From: Candidatus Saccharimonadota bacterium
Lineage (GTDB): Bacteria > Patescibacteriota > Saccharimonadia > Saccharimonadales > Saccharimonadaceae
Direction: 5' to 3'
Length of the DNA: 64,000 nt
Assembly: GCA_017511965.1 (NCBI GenBank)
Contig: JAFWHT010000012.1
Coordinates: 1,596 to 65,595 of the forward strand
How positions within the stretch are numbered: position 1 is the first letter of the stretch; every line of letters begins with the position of its first letter. Below are positions 1-9,425 of this stretch, one piece after another. Position numbers and translations under genes: made by a program. The notes beneath the pieces were generated by a model. That model saw nothing but the letters and a program-made list of their open reading frames with translations, made no database searches and was not told the origin of the DNA.

Positions 1-241
1 TTTTATCTCGCGACGGGTCCGCATAAAACGGCGATACGTCCTCGTCATTTGAAATCAATGCAAAAGTTACCGGGCAAGATTTTACTCCCGAGTGTAAATT
101 AGAAAGGGCCTCAGAAATCCCCTCTGCAATTCGTGAATTTGACTTAAATAAATAATAAGCATATCGCTCGGCTGTTTTTGGCCCCACTCCCGGCAACATA
201 CCGAGCGCGTTAATTACTTCTTCTAATGCTTTCGGTAGCAT
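1..241 (-). CDS. recR: Recombination protein RecR (3' part cut by window edge)
   Basis: Not in ORF track because it runs off the edge. ATG at 241 gives MLPKALEEVINALGMLPGVGPKTAERYAYYLF..., with the RecR helix-hairpin-helix motif LPGVGPKTAER. It lies directly downstream of ybaB, the conserved ybaB-recR pair. Confidence 0.8.
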   Translation of the reverse strand, partial: MLPKALEEVINALGMLPGVGPKTAERYAYYLFKSNSRIAEGISEALSNLHSGVKSCPVTFALISNDEDVSPFYADPSRDK

Positions 242-243
242 TC

Positions 244-549
244 TTACATTCCGCCAAGACCTAAGTTTGAAAGCCCGCCCATCAGAGGCTTCATCTTGTC
301 GGTAGCAATCTCCTGTGCTTTAGCAAATCCATCACGCATACAGTTTTCGATCCAACGCTCAAGTTCTCGCATATCATCAAAGTCAATTTTTTCCGGATCT
401 AATTTGACCTTTTTTACTTTTAGTTCACCATTAATCTGTATAACTACCGCACCGTCGCCAGCTTCTACTTCAACTATCTCGTTTTTCAGCTCTTTTTGTG
501 CTTTGCGTAGCTGATTCAATAATTTCATTTGGTCCATTGTCTGACCCAT
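244..549 (-). CDS. ybaB: YbaB/EbfC nucleoid-associated DNA-binding protein
   Basis: 101 aa. Typical YbaB pattern (MKLLNQLRKAQKEL...VEVEAGDGAVVIQINGELKVKKVKLDP...) and position upstream of recR. Confidence 0.85.
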   Translation of the reverse strand: MGQTMDQMKLLNQLRKAQKELKNEIVEVEAGDGAVVIQINGELKVKKVKLDPEKIDFDDMRELERWIENCMRDGFAKAQEIATDKMKPLMGGLSNLGLGGM

Positions 550-550
550 G

Positions 551-1990
551 TTATTCTCCTTCTTTTACAGTATATAGATATATTATATCAGAATCCTCTT
601 TCATTGGCGATGTGAAAATCCGCATAAGTTGGTATCCTTCACTTAAGTCTTTTGGCTTTCCCAAAAACGCCACCGTGCCCGGAGTCTCCTTTAGGTTGTT
701 GATTACTTTAATATCAGTTTTTTGTTCTAAAATTTTATAAAAATCATAATTGTCAAAAACAAATAATTCCCCATCTTTGATATTTTTATTGATCACTTCT
801 AACTTATACGAAAACTGATTCGCCACCGTTGGGTTATAGCGATACCCATAAATATATTGAAGCAGCCCAGGTATTATAATAAATCCAAACAAAATTGTTA
901 GCGGGAATAAGGCAAAAATCCTCGCATACGGATTTTCCGGAAAAAGTCCATACCATTTTTCAAGCAGATATTTGATGCCATGCGCAATCAAAATCGAAAA
1001 TGGCAAAATCAAGAAAATAATTGCATTTGGATTAAACCCGGCAATAATCACACAAAAAACCAAGAGTAGCGACGCGATTGAATTTCGCGAAGCAAAAAAT
1101 CCTTTAGTGGTAGAAAATAGCCCTACCAACGCCAAGACAAAAGTCGGCAAACTTATCAGTGGCGACAAGAAAACTCCCTCTACGCTATGATGCCACGAAA
1201 ACACCGGAGCCAACCCTGCCGAGATGTTATCCAAAAAATTACCTAGCTGAAAATCTTTACTCAAGAATAATTCCGCCACAATTTCGTGGTTTCGGTAAAT
1301 CCCAAATCCTAGCAAGAAAAACCCACCTAAAATAATCAACATTACCAACGCTAACGGAAATTTGGGCAACTCTTTAATCAAAAATCTTAGATGTGGTTGG
1401 AACAAAACAAATAATACGCAAAAAATTGCAAAATATACCATGTATGGCGTAAAAATCGCTACTAGCATTGAGATAGCAAACAAAAAACAATAAAACGGCC
1501 GGGGCTTTTTTTCGCCGTGGATTTTCGAGCCAAGCCACAAAAGTAGTGTTGGCCAAAAAACTATCATGATTAGTGGCGTACCAGAGCCAGCCAAAAACAA
1601 AAATGGCGTGGAAAGCACCACCAAGCATGACGCCAAAAGCGACACATTACTTTTAAACCAACGGTTTAAAAGAAGTACCAAGAGTAAACCTAAAACTAAA
1701 CCAACCAAAACGCTCGGTAATTTTATTGCAAACGGAGTTAGTCCAAAGAGTAAAATCGAACATTTTTGTAGTAGATGATACGGAAAATTTAACAAGTCAC
1801 CATTTAGCAAATTACTTTTACCTAAATAAAAAGATTTTGTCGCCGAAGCGATTTCATCCGTCGATAAACCTCTTTGTGCAACTAATGGCAATAAAAAGAG
1901 TAGCGCAATAAAAGTTAGTCCGAGCACAATATAGCCGATAATAAACCTATATCGATATAAAAAAAGTTTAGAAATAATAATTTTCTTCAC
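551..1990 (-). CDS. Polytopic membrane protein, candidate GT-C fold (ArnT/PMT-like) glycosyltransferase
   Basis: 479 aa with more than 10 hydrophobic segments and a C-terminal soluble domain. The topology resembles GT39/GT83-type enzymes. I recognised no catalytic motif with certainty. Confidence 0.35.
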   Translation of the reverse strand: MKKIIISKLFLYRYRFIIGYIVLGLTFIALLFLLPLVAQRGLSTDEIASATKSFYLGKSNLLNGDLLNFPYHLLQKCSILLFGLTPFAIKLPSVLVGLVLGLLLVLLLNRWFKSNVSLLASCLVVLSTPFLFLAGSGTPLIMIVFWPTLLLWLGSKIHGEKKPRPFYCFLFAISMLVAIFTPYMVYFAIFCVLFVLFQPHLRFLIKELPKFPLALVMLIILGGFFLLGFGIYRNHEIVAELFLSKDFQLGNFLDNISAGLAPVFSWHHSVEGVFLSPLISLPTFVLALVGLFSTTKGFFASRNSIASLLLVFCVIIAGFNPNAIIFLILPFSILIAHGIKYLLEKWYGLFPENPYARIFALFPLTILFGFIIIPGLLQYIYGYRYNPTVANQFSYKLEVINKNIKDGELFVFDNYDFYKILEQKTDIKVINNLKETPGTVAFLGKPKDLSEGYQLMRIFTSPMKEDSDIIYLYTVKEGE

Positions 1991-2007
1991 ATAACCATTA
2001 TATCATA

Positions 2008-3366
2008 CTAGTGTTCTTTGTCGAGCGTCATGAATCTTGAGCGTTCTTTGTCAAAGTATAGTTCTATTGTACCGAGCGCTCCACGTCGATGCTTCCTGAT
2101 AATTAATTCGGTGATATTTGTATCTTCTTCATCTTTTTTCTTATAATAATCAACTCGGTGAATAAAAATTGCAAGGTCGGCGTCCTGCTCAATCGAACCC
2201 GAATCTCTTAAATCCGACAAAACCGGCCTGGGATCTTCTCGCCCTTCTACATTACGCGACAACTGCGCCAAAGCTACAACCGGAACACTAAGTTCTCTCG
2301 CTAAAATTTTTAATCCACGCGAAATCTCGGTAATTTCCTGCACTCGATTACCAGCATATCGATCAGATCCCGTAATAAGTTGCAAATAATCAAGCACGAT
2401 AATTCCGATGTCGTGATCGTGCGCCGCACGTCGCGCTTTATTGCGTAGCTCGGTAATCGTCATCGAGCTTGTATCGTCAATATAAATCGGCACCTCATCC
2501 ATTTCGCCCAGCGCATCGCCAATTTTCGCAAATTCCGTATCCGACAAATTCCCTGTTCGCATTTTCCAGCTATCAACTCCCGAAACGCTCGAAATCATAT
2601 TATCGATAATTTCGTTTGCCGCCATCTCCATCGAGAAAAACAAAACGCCTCGCTTATTAATACTCGCGATATTGTAAGCTAAATTTTGGGCAAAAGTCGT
2701 TTTACCCATCGACGGACGCGCCCCGACGATAATCAAATCGCCTTTCTGAAAACCAGCAGTCTTTTTATCGAGGTCAGAAAATCCAGTTTTTAGTCCACGT
2801 AATGCCCCCTTGTTTTTTTGTAATTCCTCCAACCGATCAAACGCATCTGCCAAAAGCTCATCCATCGCCACATAATCACTCTTAATAATCTTATCCGAAA
2901 CCTCAAATAATTCCTGCTCGGCTCGCCCAACTAAATCATCCGCATTCGCATCATCTTCATAAGCCTTATTCGCGATTTCCGTCCCAGCTTTAATCAAACG
3001 TCGCCTTACCGCCGCCTTTTCAATAATATCCGCATACGCCTTCGCGTGCGCCGCCGCTGGCACAAATTCCGAAAGCTCGGTTAAATACGCCGCTCCGCCA
3101 ACCTCTTTTAATTTTTTCTTACTTCGAAGTTCCGCCGTCAAGGTCAAAAGATCGATCGGTTTATGCGCATCATATAAATCGGTTATCGCTTGAAAAATAG
3201 CCTCATGCCGTTTTTCATAAAAATCCGCCGGCTTTAAAACGGTCAAAATATCCGGCAAAGTACCATTGTCGAGCATAATTGCCCCAAGTAGTGACTTCTC
3301 AGCTTCGACGTCTTGTGGTGGTACCCTACCACTCTGCGCTTTAGAACGGGCTTTTTCCTCCATCAT
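2008..3366 (-). CDS. dnaB: Replicative DNA helicase DnaB
   Basis: 452 aa. N-terminal DnaB domain (PPQDVEAEKSLLGAIMLD), Walker A GARPSMGKTTFA, and DYLQL / SRGLK motifs. Confidence 0.95.
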   Translation of the reverse strand: MMEEKARSKAQSGRVPPQDVEAEKSLLGAIMLDNGTLPDILTVLKPADFYEKRHEAIFQAITDLYDAHKPIDLLTLTAELRSKKKLKEVGGAAYLTELSEFVPAAAHAKAYADIIEKAAVRRRLIKAGTEIANKAYEDDANADDLVGRAEQELFEVSDKIIKSDYVAMDELLADAFDRLEELQKNKGALRGLKTGFSDLDKKTAGFQKGDLIIVGARPSMGKTTFAQNLAYNIASINKRGVLFFSMEMAANEIIDNMISSVSGVDSWKMRTGNLSDTEFAKIGDALGEMDEVPIYIDDTSSMTITELRNKARRAAHDHDIGIIVLDYLQLITGSDRYAGNRVQEITEISRGLKILARELSVPVVALAQLSRNVEGREDPRPVLSDLRDSGSIEQDADLAIFIHRVDYYKKKDEEDTNITELIIRKHRRGALGTIELYFDKERSRFMTLDKEH

Positions 3367-4618
3367 TTATTACCTCTCCTCCCATTATATCAGAAAACCG
3401 CGCCAAAGTTTCGTCTTTTGTTTTATTTTTTTCAACCTCTCCAATCTCAATTTTAAAGCCGTTCGCTACACCAGTTAGTACGCGCAAATTATTCTCCCGC
3501 GAAAGAATAGTTTTAACGATATTTTTGTCCGGATAAATTTTTAAAACTCCATTTGAAAATTCATAACTACACTTTAAAAGTTGCGCCGAAATTGCATCAT
3601 TTTGCTCGCTAACTTTCCCCACGAAGCTTTCCCAGTTGAAACTAGTTATTGTGTTGGCAGGGGTGACTGAACCGGTCTTTACTGGTTTAGTCAGGACCCC
3701 TGCCAATGCAACTAGCAGCTTCGCTTCCGCAAACGGCGCTTTAACTTCTGGCAATTTCTCGAGCAACTTAAGATACTCAGACTCCGGATTTTCAATAATA
3801 AATGAAATGATTTCTTCGGCCAAAGTTTCCGGTTTTACGCCAGAAGACAATAAATTTTTCAAAATAGTTGTAATTTTTACAACATCACCAGATAGATATA
3901 CTTTTAGTAATTCGGCAATCTTTTCGTCTGCCGGCAAACCCAACGCTGAAATTACCATCTCTTTAGTGATTAAACCCGAAGACAACGTAGCAATTTGATC
4001 GAGCAAAGACAAAGAATCCCTAAACGAACCGCCACCTCGTTTAACAATAACGCCTAGGGCCTCTGGCTCAATTTCAATCCCCTCTTTTTTCGCGACTTCC
4101 TCCAAAAACGCGAGCATTGTTTTAGTATCTGCAAGCGTAAAAGTATAAACTTGTGCTCGAGAGACAATTGTCACCGGGACTTTATGCGCATCTGTTGTCG
4201 CCATAATAAAAATTACATGCTTTGGCGGCTCTTCTAAAATTTTCAAAAGCGCATTAAATGCTTCTTTTGTTAGCATATGTACTTCATCTATAATATATAC
4301 TTTATATTTTCCGCTTGTTGGTGCAATCAAGGCCTTTTCGCGTAGTTCCCTAATGTCGTCGATTCCACGATTGCTCGCCCCGTCAATTTCGATAATATCT
4401 ACATAATCATCTTCGATTTCGTATGAGAATCCGTTAATTTCGTGCGCAAAAATTCGTGCTACAGAAGTTTTGCCAGTTCCACGTGGCCCAATAAACAAAT
4501 ACGCATGCGAAATCTTGCCTTGCTTTAGTGAACTAGTCAAGATATCAGTGACTTGCGACTGCCCAACAACCTCATCAAGTTTACAAGGTCGATATTTTCG
4601 ATATAAAGCCTTCGCCAT
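3341..4618 (-). CDS. dnaX: DNA polymerase III subunit gamma/tau
   Basis: MAKALYRKYRP..., Walker A GPRGTGKTS, DEVHML box, SRAQ sensor. The track start at 4645 is a TTG extension. The ATG at 4618 overlaps the upstream stop as TAATG. Confidence 0.9.
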   Translation of the reverse strand: MAKALYRKYRPCKLDEVVGQSQVTDILTSSLKQGKISHAYLFIGPRGTGKTSVARIFAHEINGFSYEIEDDYVDIIEIDGASNRGIDDIRELREKALIAPTSGKYKVYIIDEVHMLTKEAFNALLKILEEPPKHVIFIMATTDAHKVPVTIVSRAQVYTFTLADTKTMLAFLEEVAKKEGIEIEPEALGVIVKRGGGSFRDSLSLLDQIATLSSGLITKEMVISALGLPADEKIAELLKVYLSGDVVKITTILKNLLSSGVKPETLAEEIISFIIENPESEYLKLLEKLPEVKAPFAEAKLLVALAGVLTKPVKTGSVTPANTITSFNWESFVGKVSEQNDAISAQLLKCSYEFSNGVLKIYPDKNIVKTILSRENNLRVLTGVANGFKIEIGEVEKNKTKDETLARFSDIMGGEVINDGGKSPF

Positions 4619-5139
4619 TATAGAGCAGCTTCGACCGCCGCCCAAGTCGCATCCGGATTACTTGCTGGTACAATCACAGAAACCTGCGAACCTTCACGCA
4701 GATGAAAATAAGTCACCGAAGCGTAGAGGATTTGGTATTCTTTCCCTGCAACCTCTACAAAGTATTTGTCGTCATGATGAATCAAGGTTCCAATTACGGT
4801 TTTCCTGTCAACCGGGCCAATTTGTTTATAAAGGAATTTTCCATCTTCGGTAATCGTGAGTTTCATAATATCGCCTTCAACTAGCTTTGATTTTGAAGCA
4901 TAGTTTGCCGGGACTGGATAATTCTTGCCATCGGGGCCAATCATAATCTGACCATCGAAAATCCCTTCGATTACTTTTCCTTCTGGGCCAGTTACGATTG
5001 TCTCACGTGGCGCCGAAATCGTCTCGCCATCGCCCAAAATCGAAATTAAAAGCTCTTTTGCGGCCGATAAATTTGTCTCCGCTTCGCCAAGTAGCGTTCG
5101 TAACCTCTTTATTTGTTTTTCTGGTATTTCAGACATCAC
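4618..5139 (-). CDS. Hypothetical protein (173 aa)
   Basis: Clean ORF with GAGGTG SD-like sequence upstream. Its stop overlaps the dnaX start. No family recognised. Confidence 0.5.
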   Translation of the reverse strand: MMSEIPEKQIKRLRTLLGEAETNLSAAKELLISILGDGETISAPRETIVTGPEGKVIEGIFDGQIMIGPDGKNYPVPANYASKSKLVEGDIMKLTITEDGKFLYKQIGPVDRKTVIGTLIHHDDKYFVEVAGKEYQILYASVTYFHLREGSQVSVIVPASNPDATWAAVEAAL

Positions 5140-5263
5140 CTCGCATCCTGTCTAAATATATTATTACTATTATATTATATCGTTCCATCCAAAAAGTCAA
5201 GCATTTTAAGAAAAAAAGTTTTCCACCAATTCTCCATCGGTTGTATCAAAATCGTTGTAATTT

Positions 5264-6316
5264 TTACATAGTCGGATGACGTCCAGTATGTTTTTTGCCG
5301 TCATAGATAGTAGTCGGGATACCTTTAACATGTAACTCTTTTTCGATAATCTCGCGATTTTCGTTCATCTTGTCGGTAATTTCTGGATAATCTACTATCT
5401 TGCGAAGCTCTGCCAAACCATCCTTATCAAACCCATCTGCCACAATCCATTCCTCTAGTTTTTCTGACGCCTCTTCGCGTGAATAATCTTCATTAAACAC
5501 GTTTTGATACAAAACTCCATCTTCATTTTTTTCGGTAAACAGCCTATCTAATATATTTACTGCCATTCCCGAACGTAGTTGTTCGATCGCGAGCATATAG
5601 CGCACGATAATTTCTGAGTTTTTAAACTTATAATTTCCACTCGAATCCGCAATCGCAAACGGCACCAACCTTACCTCATAATTATCAAAAAATCCTGTCT
5701 CTTTTTGATTTTGATATGAGCTCATACATACAAAACAGCCTGGATCAAAAATATCTATCGCAACCGGCTTGTCTGCCCCCTCGTTTGGATTCATTACAAT
5801 ATAATTTAAATCAAAATCTTCTGCCTTGTAACTACGAAACTTATCTGGAATTGCCTCAAAAATCTCGCCCCATTCCGTAAACCATCGCCCCGTCGCTTCA
5901 AGTGGACCTTTCGGTGCGCTTTCGTCAATTGAGCAAACTTCCGCTCCGAGCGTACAAGCTTCTGGCTTTGTTACGTTGCAAGTCCCAAGCGCCCAGAGTG
6001 CGAGCAGGGATTTTATTGACGTCAAAATTGCCCAAACTGCTACAATTACGATAACTACCGAAATAATCTCAACCATTACCGACAACGGTTTTACCCATTT
6101 TGGATGTTTTATAATTACACGGCTAAGGAGTGTATTTTTTACATCTTCTTTAAAACCAGTTTCGCATTTTTGCAGACGTACTTTTTTCCATAAGCACCCC
6201 CAAGCCTTCTTAAATATCTTTGTGTAAGCCTTCCAAACTTTTGGCTTAAAAATTGACACGACCCCCACAAAAACCCCCATCACTGCTAAAATAATAAAAG
6301 CTGCAATACAAACCAT
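5264..6316 (-). CDS. Membrane-anchored DsbA-like thioredoxin-fold oxidoreductase
   Basis: CxxC (PGCFVC) plus a cis-Pro-type loop (VKGIPTT) in the C-terminal domain. The N-terminal part has 2 TM helices and extra Cys pairs (CLWKKVRLQKC; CNVTKPEACTLGAEVC). Start moved to ATG 6316, preceded by TGcTATAAT 6 nt upstream. The track start at 6415 would overlap the divergent gene. Confidence 0.55.
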   Translation of the reverse strand: MVCIAAFIILAVMGVFVGVVSIFKPKVWKAYTKIFKKAWGCLWKKVRLQKCETGFKEDVKNTLLSRVIIKHPKWVKPLSVMVEIISVVIVIVAVWAILTSIKSLLALWALGTCNVTKPEACTLGAEVCSIDESAPKGPLEATGRWFTEWGEIFEAIPDKFRSYKAEDFDLNYIVMNPNEGADKPVAIDIFDPGCFVCMSSYQNQKETGFFDNYEVRLVPFAIADSSGNYKFKNSEIIVRYMLAIEQLRSGMAVNILDRLFTEKNEDGVLYQNVFNEDYSREEASEKLEEWIVADGFDKDGLAELRKIVDYPEITDKMNENREIIEKELHVKGIPTTIYDGKKHTGRHPTM

Positions 6317-6322
6317 AAATAC

Positions 6323-6331
6323 ATTATAGCA
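6323..6331 (-). promoter_or_regulatory. Extended -10 element (TGcTATAAT) 6 nt upstream of ATG 6316
   Basis: Minus-strand reading is ggTGcTATAATgtatttATG with no SD. This implies a leaderless or near-leaderless mRNA. Confidence 0.45.
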
Positions 6332-6353
6332 CCCTTGCTTTATTTGTGGTATA

Positions 6354-6359
6354 TATAAT
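6354..6359 (+). promoter_or_regulatory. -10 hexamer TATAAT 6 nt upstream of ATG 6366
   Basis: tatataatatatacATG with no SD between the hexamer and the start codon. Confidence 0.35.
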
Positions 6360-6365
6360 ATATAC

Positions 6366-7085
6366 ATGGAAACCAAAGTTTTTGACCGAATCGAGAAAAA
6401 ATACCTCATTACCAAAACTCAAAAAAGAAATCTTTTGCGAGTCATCAAAAAACACATGTCAAAAGACAAGTATTTTCGCTCGGAGGTTTTTAATTTATAT
6501 TTTGATACCGACAATTACGACCTTATCATCCAATCCATCGACCAGCCAATTTTTAAAGAAAAACTTCGTGCACGTTCTTATAGTGGCTATGATCGTGTAT
6601 TTTTAGAAGTCAAAACCAAGCTTCGAGGTCGCGACGTTAATCCGGGCTACAAGCGTCGTGTTATGATTACCGGCAAAGATCTAAAAGAACTTATTTCAAA
6701 AAAAGCCACCGCTAAAGAACTCGCCTCTCGCGTTATCGAAACCGAGCACGATTCGCAAATTGCCAAAGAAGTAGATTATTTAATTGAAAAATTTGATTTA
6801 AAACCAAAAATTTTAGTTATGTATAAACGCGAAAGTTATCAAGGCGAAGACAAACTTCGTGTTACTTTTGATGCCAATTTAAAATATCGCGAAAAAAATC
6901 TCAGCCTTTTTAAAGAAAAAAATGATAAAATATATTTTAAGGACAAGCGGAATATCATTATGGAGATTAAAGCGCACGGTGCCTTGCCTCTTTGGTTAGT
7001 TAAGGCGCTCTCCGAAAACAAAGCTTATCCTCAGCAATTTAGCAAAGTTGGCAAAATTTTTGAAAAATTAACTAGAAAGGAATAA
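6366..7085 (+). CDS. VTC-domain (CYTH-like polyphosphate polymerase domain) protein
   Basis: 239 aa. N-terminus FDRIEKKYLI...NLYFDTDNYDL...EKLRARSY is typical of bacterial VTC-domain proteins. It is followed by the usual DUF4956 partner. Confidence 0.7.
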   Translation: METKVFDRIEKKYLITKTQKRNLLRVIKKHMSKDKYFRSEVFNLYFDTDNYDLIIQSIDQPIFKEKLRARSYSGYDRVFLEVKTKLRGRDVNPGYKRRVMITGKDLKELISKKATAKELASRVIETEHDSQIAKEVDYLIEKFDLKPKILVMYKRESYQGEDKLRVTFDANLKYREKNLSLFKEKNDKIYFKDKRNIIMEIKAHGALPLWLVKALSENKAYPQQFSKVGKIFEKLTRKE

Positions 7086-7086
7086 A

Positions 7087-7758
7087 ATGTTTGACACAAT
7101 TTTCGATTCAACTGCGATTGGCCTAAATATCGAAAGCGCCCTTATCGCCGCCGCTGTGGCTTTGGGGTTAGGTATTGTTATTGCTGTAACCCACATGATT
7201 ACCACACGTACTAATAAAAGTTTTCTTGTAACACTTGCTACTCTACCACTTCTTGTTATGGCAGTCATGATTATGATTAATGGTAATCTCGGTACGTCAA
7301 TTGCTATTTTAGGCGCCTTTTCTTTAATTCGTTTTCGTTCTATTCAAGGTAGCGCCAAAGAGCTACTTAGTATTTTCTTTGCTATGACGGTAGGCCTTGC
7401 TTGTGGTATGGGCCATGTTTTATTCGGTTCGGTTATCACTGCTATTGCAGTTGTTGCCATCTGTTTCCTTTCGTGGACTAATTTTCTCGAACCCAATCGC
7501 TGTCGTCGTGTTCTTAAAGTTGTTATCCCCGAAGATTTAGACTACGACGAAGTTTTTTCCGAAGTATTTAAAAGATATACTCGTCGCGCTGAGTTAGTGC
7601 GCATGAAAACCGTTAATATGGGAAGTCTTTATAAATTAACCTACGACATTACCCTAAAACACGGCGTCAAAGAAAAAGCCTTTCTTGACGAAATTCGAGT
7701 AAAAAATTGCAACCTCAAAGTCCTGCTCTCTCAGCCTACTCTTGAGGAGGAAATTTAA
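7087..7758 (+). CDS. DUF4956-family membrane protein
   Basis: 223 aa with 4 TM segments and the LIRFRS...ELLSIFFAMTVGLACGMG core. Canonical neighbour of VTC-domain genes. Confidence 0.65.
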   Translation: MFDTIFDSTAIGLNIESALIAAAVALGLGIVIAVTHMITTRTNKSFLVTLATLPLLVMAVMIMINGNLGTSIAILGAFSLIRFRSIQGSAKELLSIFFAMTVGLACGMGHVLFGSVITAIAVVAICFLSWTNFLEPNRCRRVLKVVIPEDLDYDEVFSEVFKRYTRRAELVRMKTVNMGSLYKLTYDITLKHGVKEKAFLDEIRVKNCNLKVLLSQPTLEEEI

Positions 7759-9407
7759 TGGTTGCCAAAAAAACTTCCTCAAAAAAATCACCCCCTCGAA
7801 AATCTATCCCCAAAAAACCTAATACGACTACCACGTTCGAGCGTGAACGTAGCCACGATTTTCGCTGGCTATTTTTAATCTTGCTTTTGCCACTGATTAT
7901 TTTTGCCTGCATTAAATTTAACCCCATCAACGCCGACCATACTGCTTCCGATCTCATCAATGCTATGGATATTGATAATGGCGACGAAAAGGTCAATTGG
8001 GATAGCTTAGCTACTACCAAAATTAATCTAACCAAAACTCTAACCATCACCCAGGCTGGCATTTATTATATCACTGGCTCTTTAAGCGACGGTTCAATTA
8101 TCGTCAATGTTACCAAAGAGCAAGCCGTTAAACTCATCCTAGATGATGTTACAATTAAAAATCCTGCTGGCCCCGCAATTTCTTGTCTTGAGGGCGATGA
8201 TTTGGTGATTGAACTAGTTGGCAATAATACCTTAGAAGACGGCGCCACCTATTCGGCCGATTTAGATGTAGATATCAAAGGCGCAATTTATTCTAAAGCC
8301 GATTTGACTTTCGAAGGTAACGGTGTTCTTAATCTCACTGCTCGTCACGAAGATGGCATTGTTGGTAAAGACGATCTAAAAATTAAATCTGGTACTTATA
8401 ATATCACAGCCGCAGATGACGCTATTCGTGGCAAAGATTCAGTTTATATTCTTGATGGTAATTTTAATTTAACTTCTCAAGCCGACGGTATTAAATCCAC
8501 CGAAGAACTTGCCATGAGAAAAGGTTTTGTTTTAATAAAAAACGGCAATTTTGTCATTGATGCTGGCGCCAAAGGTATCAAAGCCCCCAAACACGTTCTT
8601 ATCCAAAATGGTAATTTCACACTCAAAACTTTTGACGACGCTCTTCATTCCAACGATTGTCTAGGTATCACGGGTGGCGATATTAACATTACCGCTGGCG
8701 ACGATGCTATCCATGCTGATTACGAGCTGATTGTAGACGGTGGTCGAATTAATATCGAGCGTGGTTACGAGGGGATTGAAGCTCAAGTTGTTACTATTAA
8801 TGATGGTGATATTACTCTTTATACCGCCGATGACGGTATCAATGCTGGTTCTGGAGCCGATGCCTCTGCCCTCAATCGTCCGGGTGCCAATAATTTTAAG
8901 GACGACGAAGATTCTGTCATTAACATCAATGGTGGTGTTATTCGTATCAACGCCACTGGTGACGGTATCGATTCAAACGGCTATCTCTATTTTAATGGTG
9001 GTACTACTATTATTGATGGCCCTACCAAAGATACCAATGGCGCTCTCGATGCCGGGCTTGGTATTATTATGAATGGTGGCGAGGTAATCGCTGTGGGTGC
9101 TTCGGGTATGGCAGTACCTTTGGGGCAAAATTCCAGAATCTACAATGTTAGCGTCTTTTTCCCAGAAAGTTTTCCTGCTGATACCGAAATCGAAATCAGA
9201 GATGCCGACGGAAATCTTGTTTTATCTCACACTTCTGCCAAAAAATTCAGTCACCTCTCAGCCGGCTCTTCAAAGTTTATCCCTACCAAAGAATATACTA
9301 TATATATAAATGATAAAATCTATGAAAAATTTGTTATCTCCAGTATTCTTACTACCGTCAAAAATTCAAATCAAAGTTTACCACAGCCAGCGCAGGGATC
9401 ACATTAA
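7758..9407 (+). CDS. Cthe_2159-like beta-helix carbohydrate-binding domain protein, N-terminal TM anchor
   Basis: 549 aa. Basic N-tail plus one TM helix, then repeated DDAI(R/H) / GDGIDSNG / GG..I motifs typical of the Cthe_2159 (PF14262-type) family. The start overlaps the DUF4956 stop (TAATG). Confidence 0.6.
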   Translation: MVAKKTSSKKSPPRKSIPKKPNTTTTFERERSHDFRWLFLILLLPLIIFACIKFNPINADHTASDLINAMDIDNGDEKVNWDSLATTKINLTKTLTITQAGIYYITGSLSDGSIIVNVTKEQAVKLILDDVTIKNPAGPAISCLEGDDLVIELVGNNTLEDGATYSADLDVDIKGAIYSKADLTFEGNGVLNLTARHEDGIVGKDDLKIKSGTYNITAADDAIRGKDSVYILDGNFNLTSQADGIKSTEELAMRKGFVLIKNGNFVIDAGAKGIKAPKHVLIQNGNFTLKTFDDALHSNDCLGITGGDINITAGDDAIHADYELIVDGGRINIERGYEGIEAQVVTINDGDITLYTADDGINAGSGADASALNRPGANNFKDDEDSVININGGVIRINATGDGIDSNGYLYFNGGTTIIDGPTKDTNGALDAGLGIIMNGGEVIAVGASGMAVPLGQNSRIYNVSVFFPESFPADTEIEIRDADGNLVLSHTSAKKFSHLSAGSSKFIPTKEYTIYINDKIYEKFVISSILTTVKNSNQSLPQPAQGSH

Positions 9408-9410
9408 TTA

Positions 9411-9419
9411 TGATATAAT
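9411..9419 (+). promoter_or_regulatory. Extended -10 (TGaTATAAT) 6 nt upstream of ATG 9426
   Basis: ttaTGaTATAATaattttATG with no SD. Confidence 0.5.
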
Positions 9420-9425
9420 AATTTT

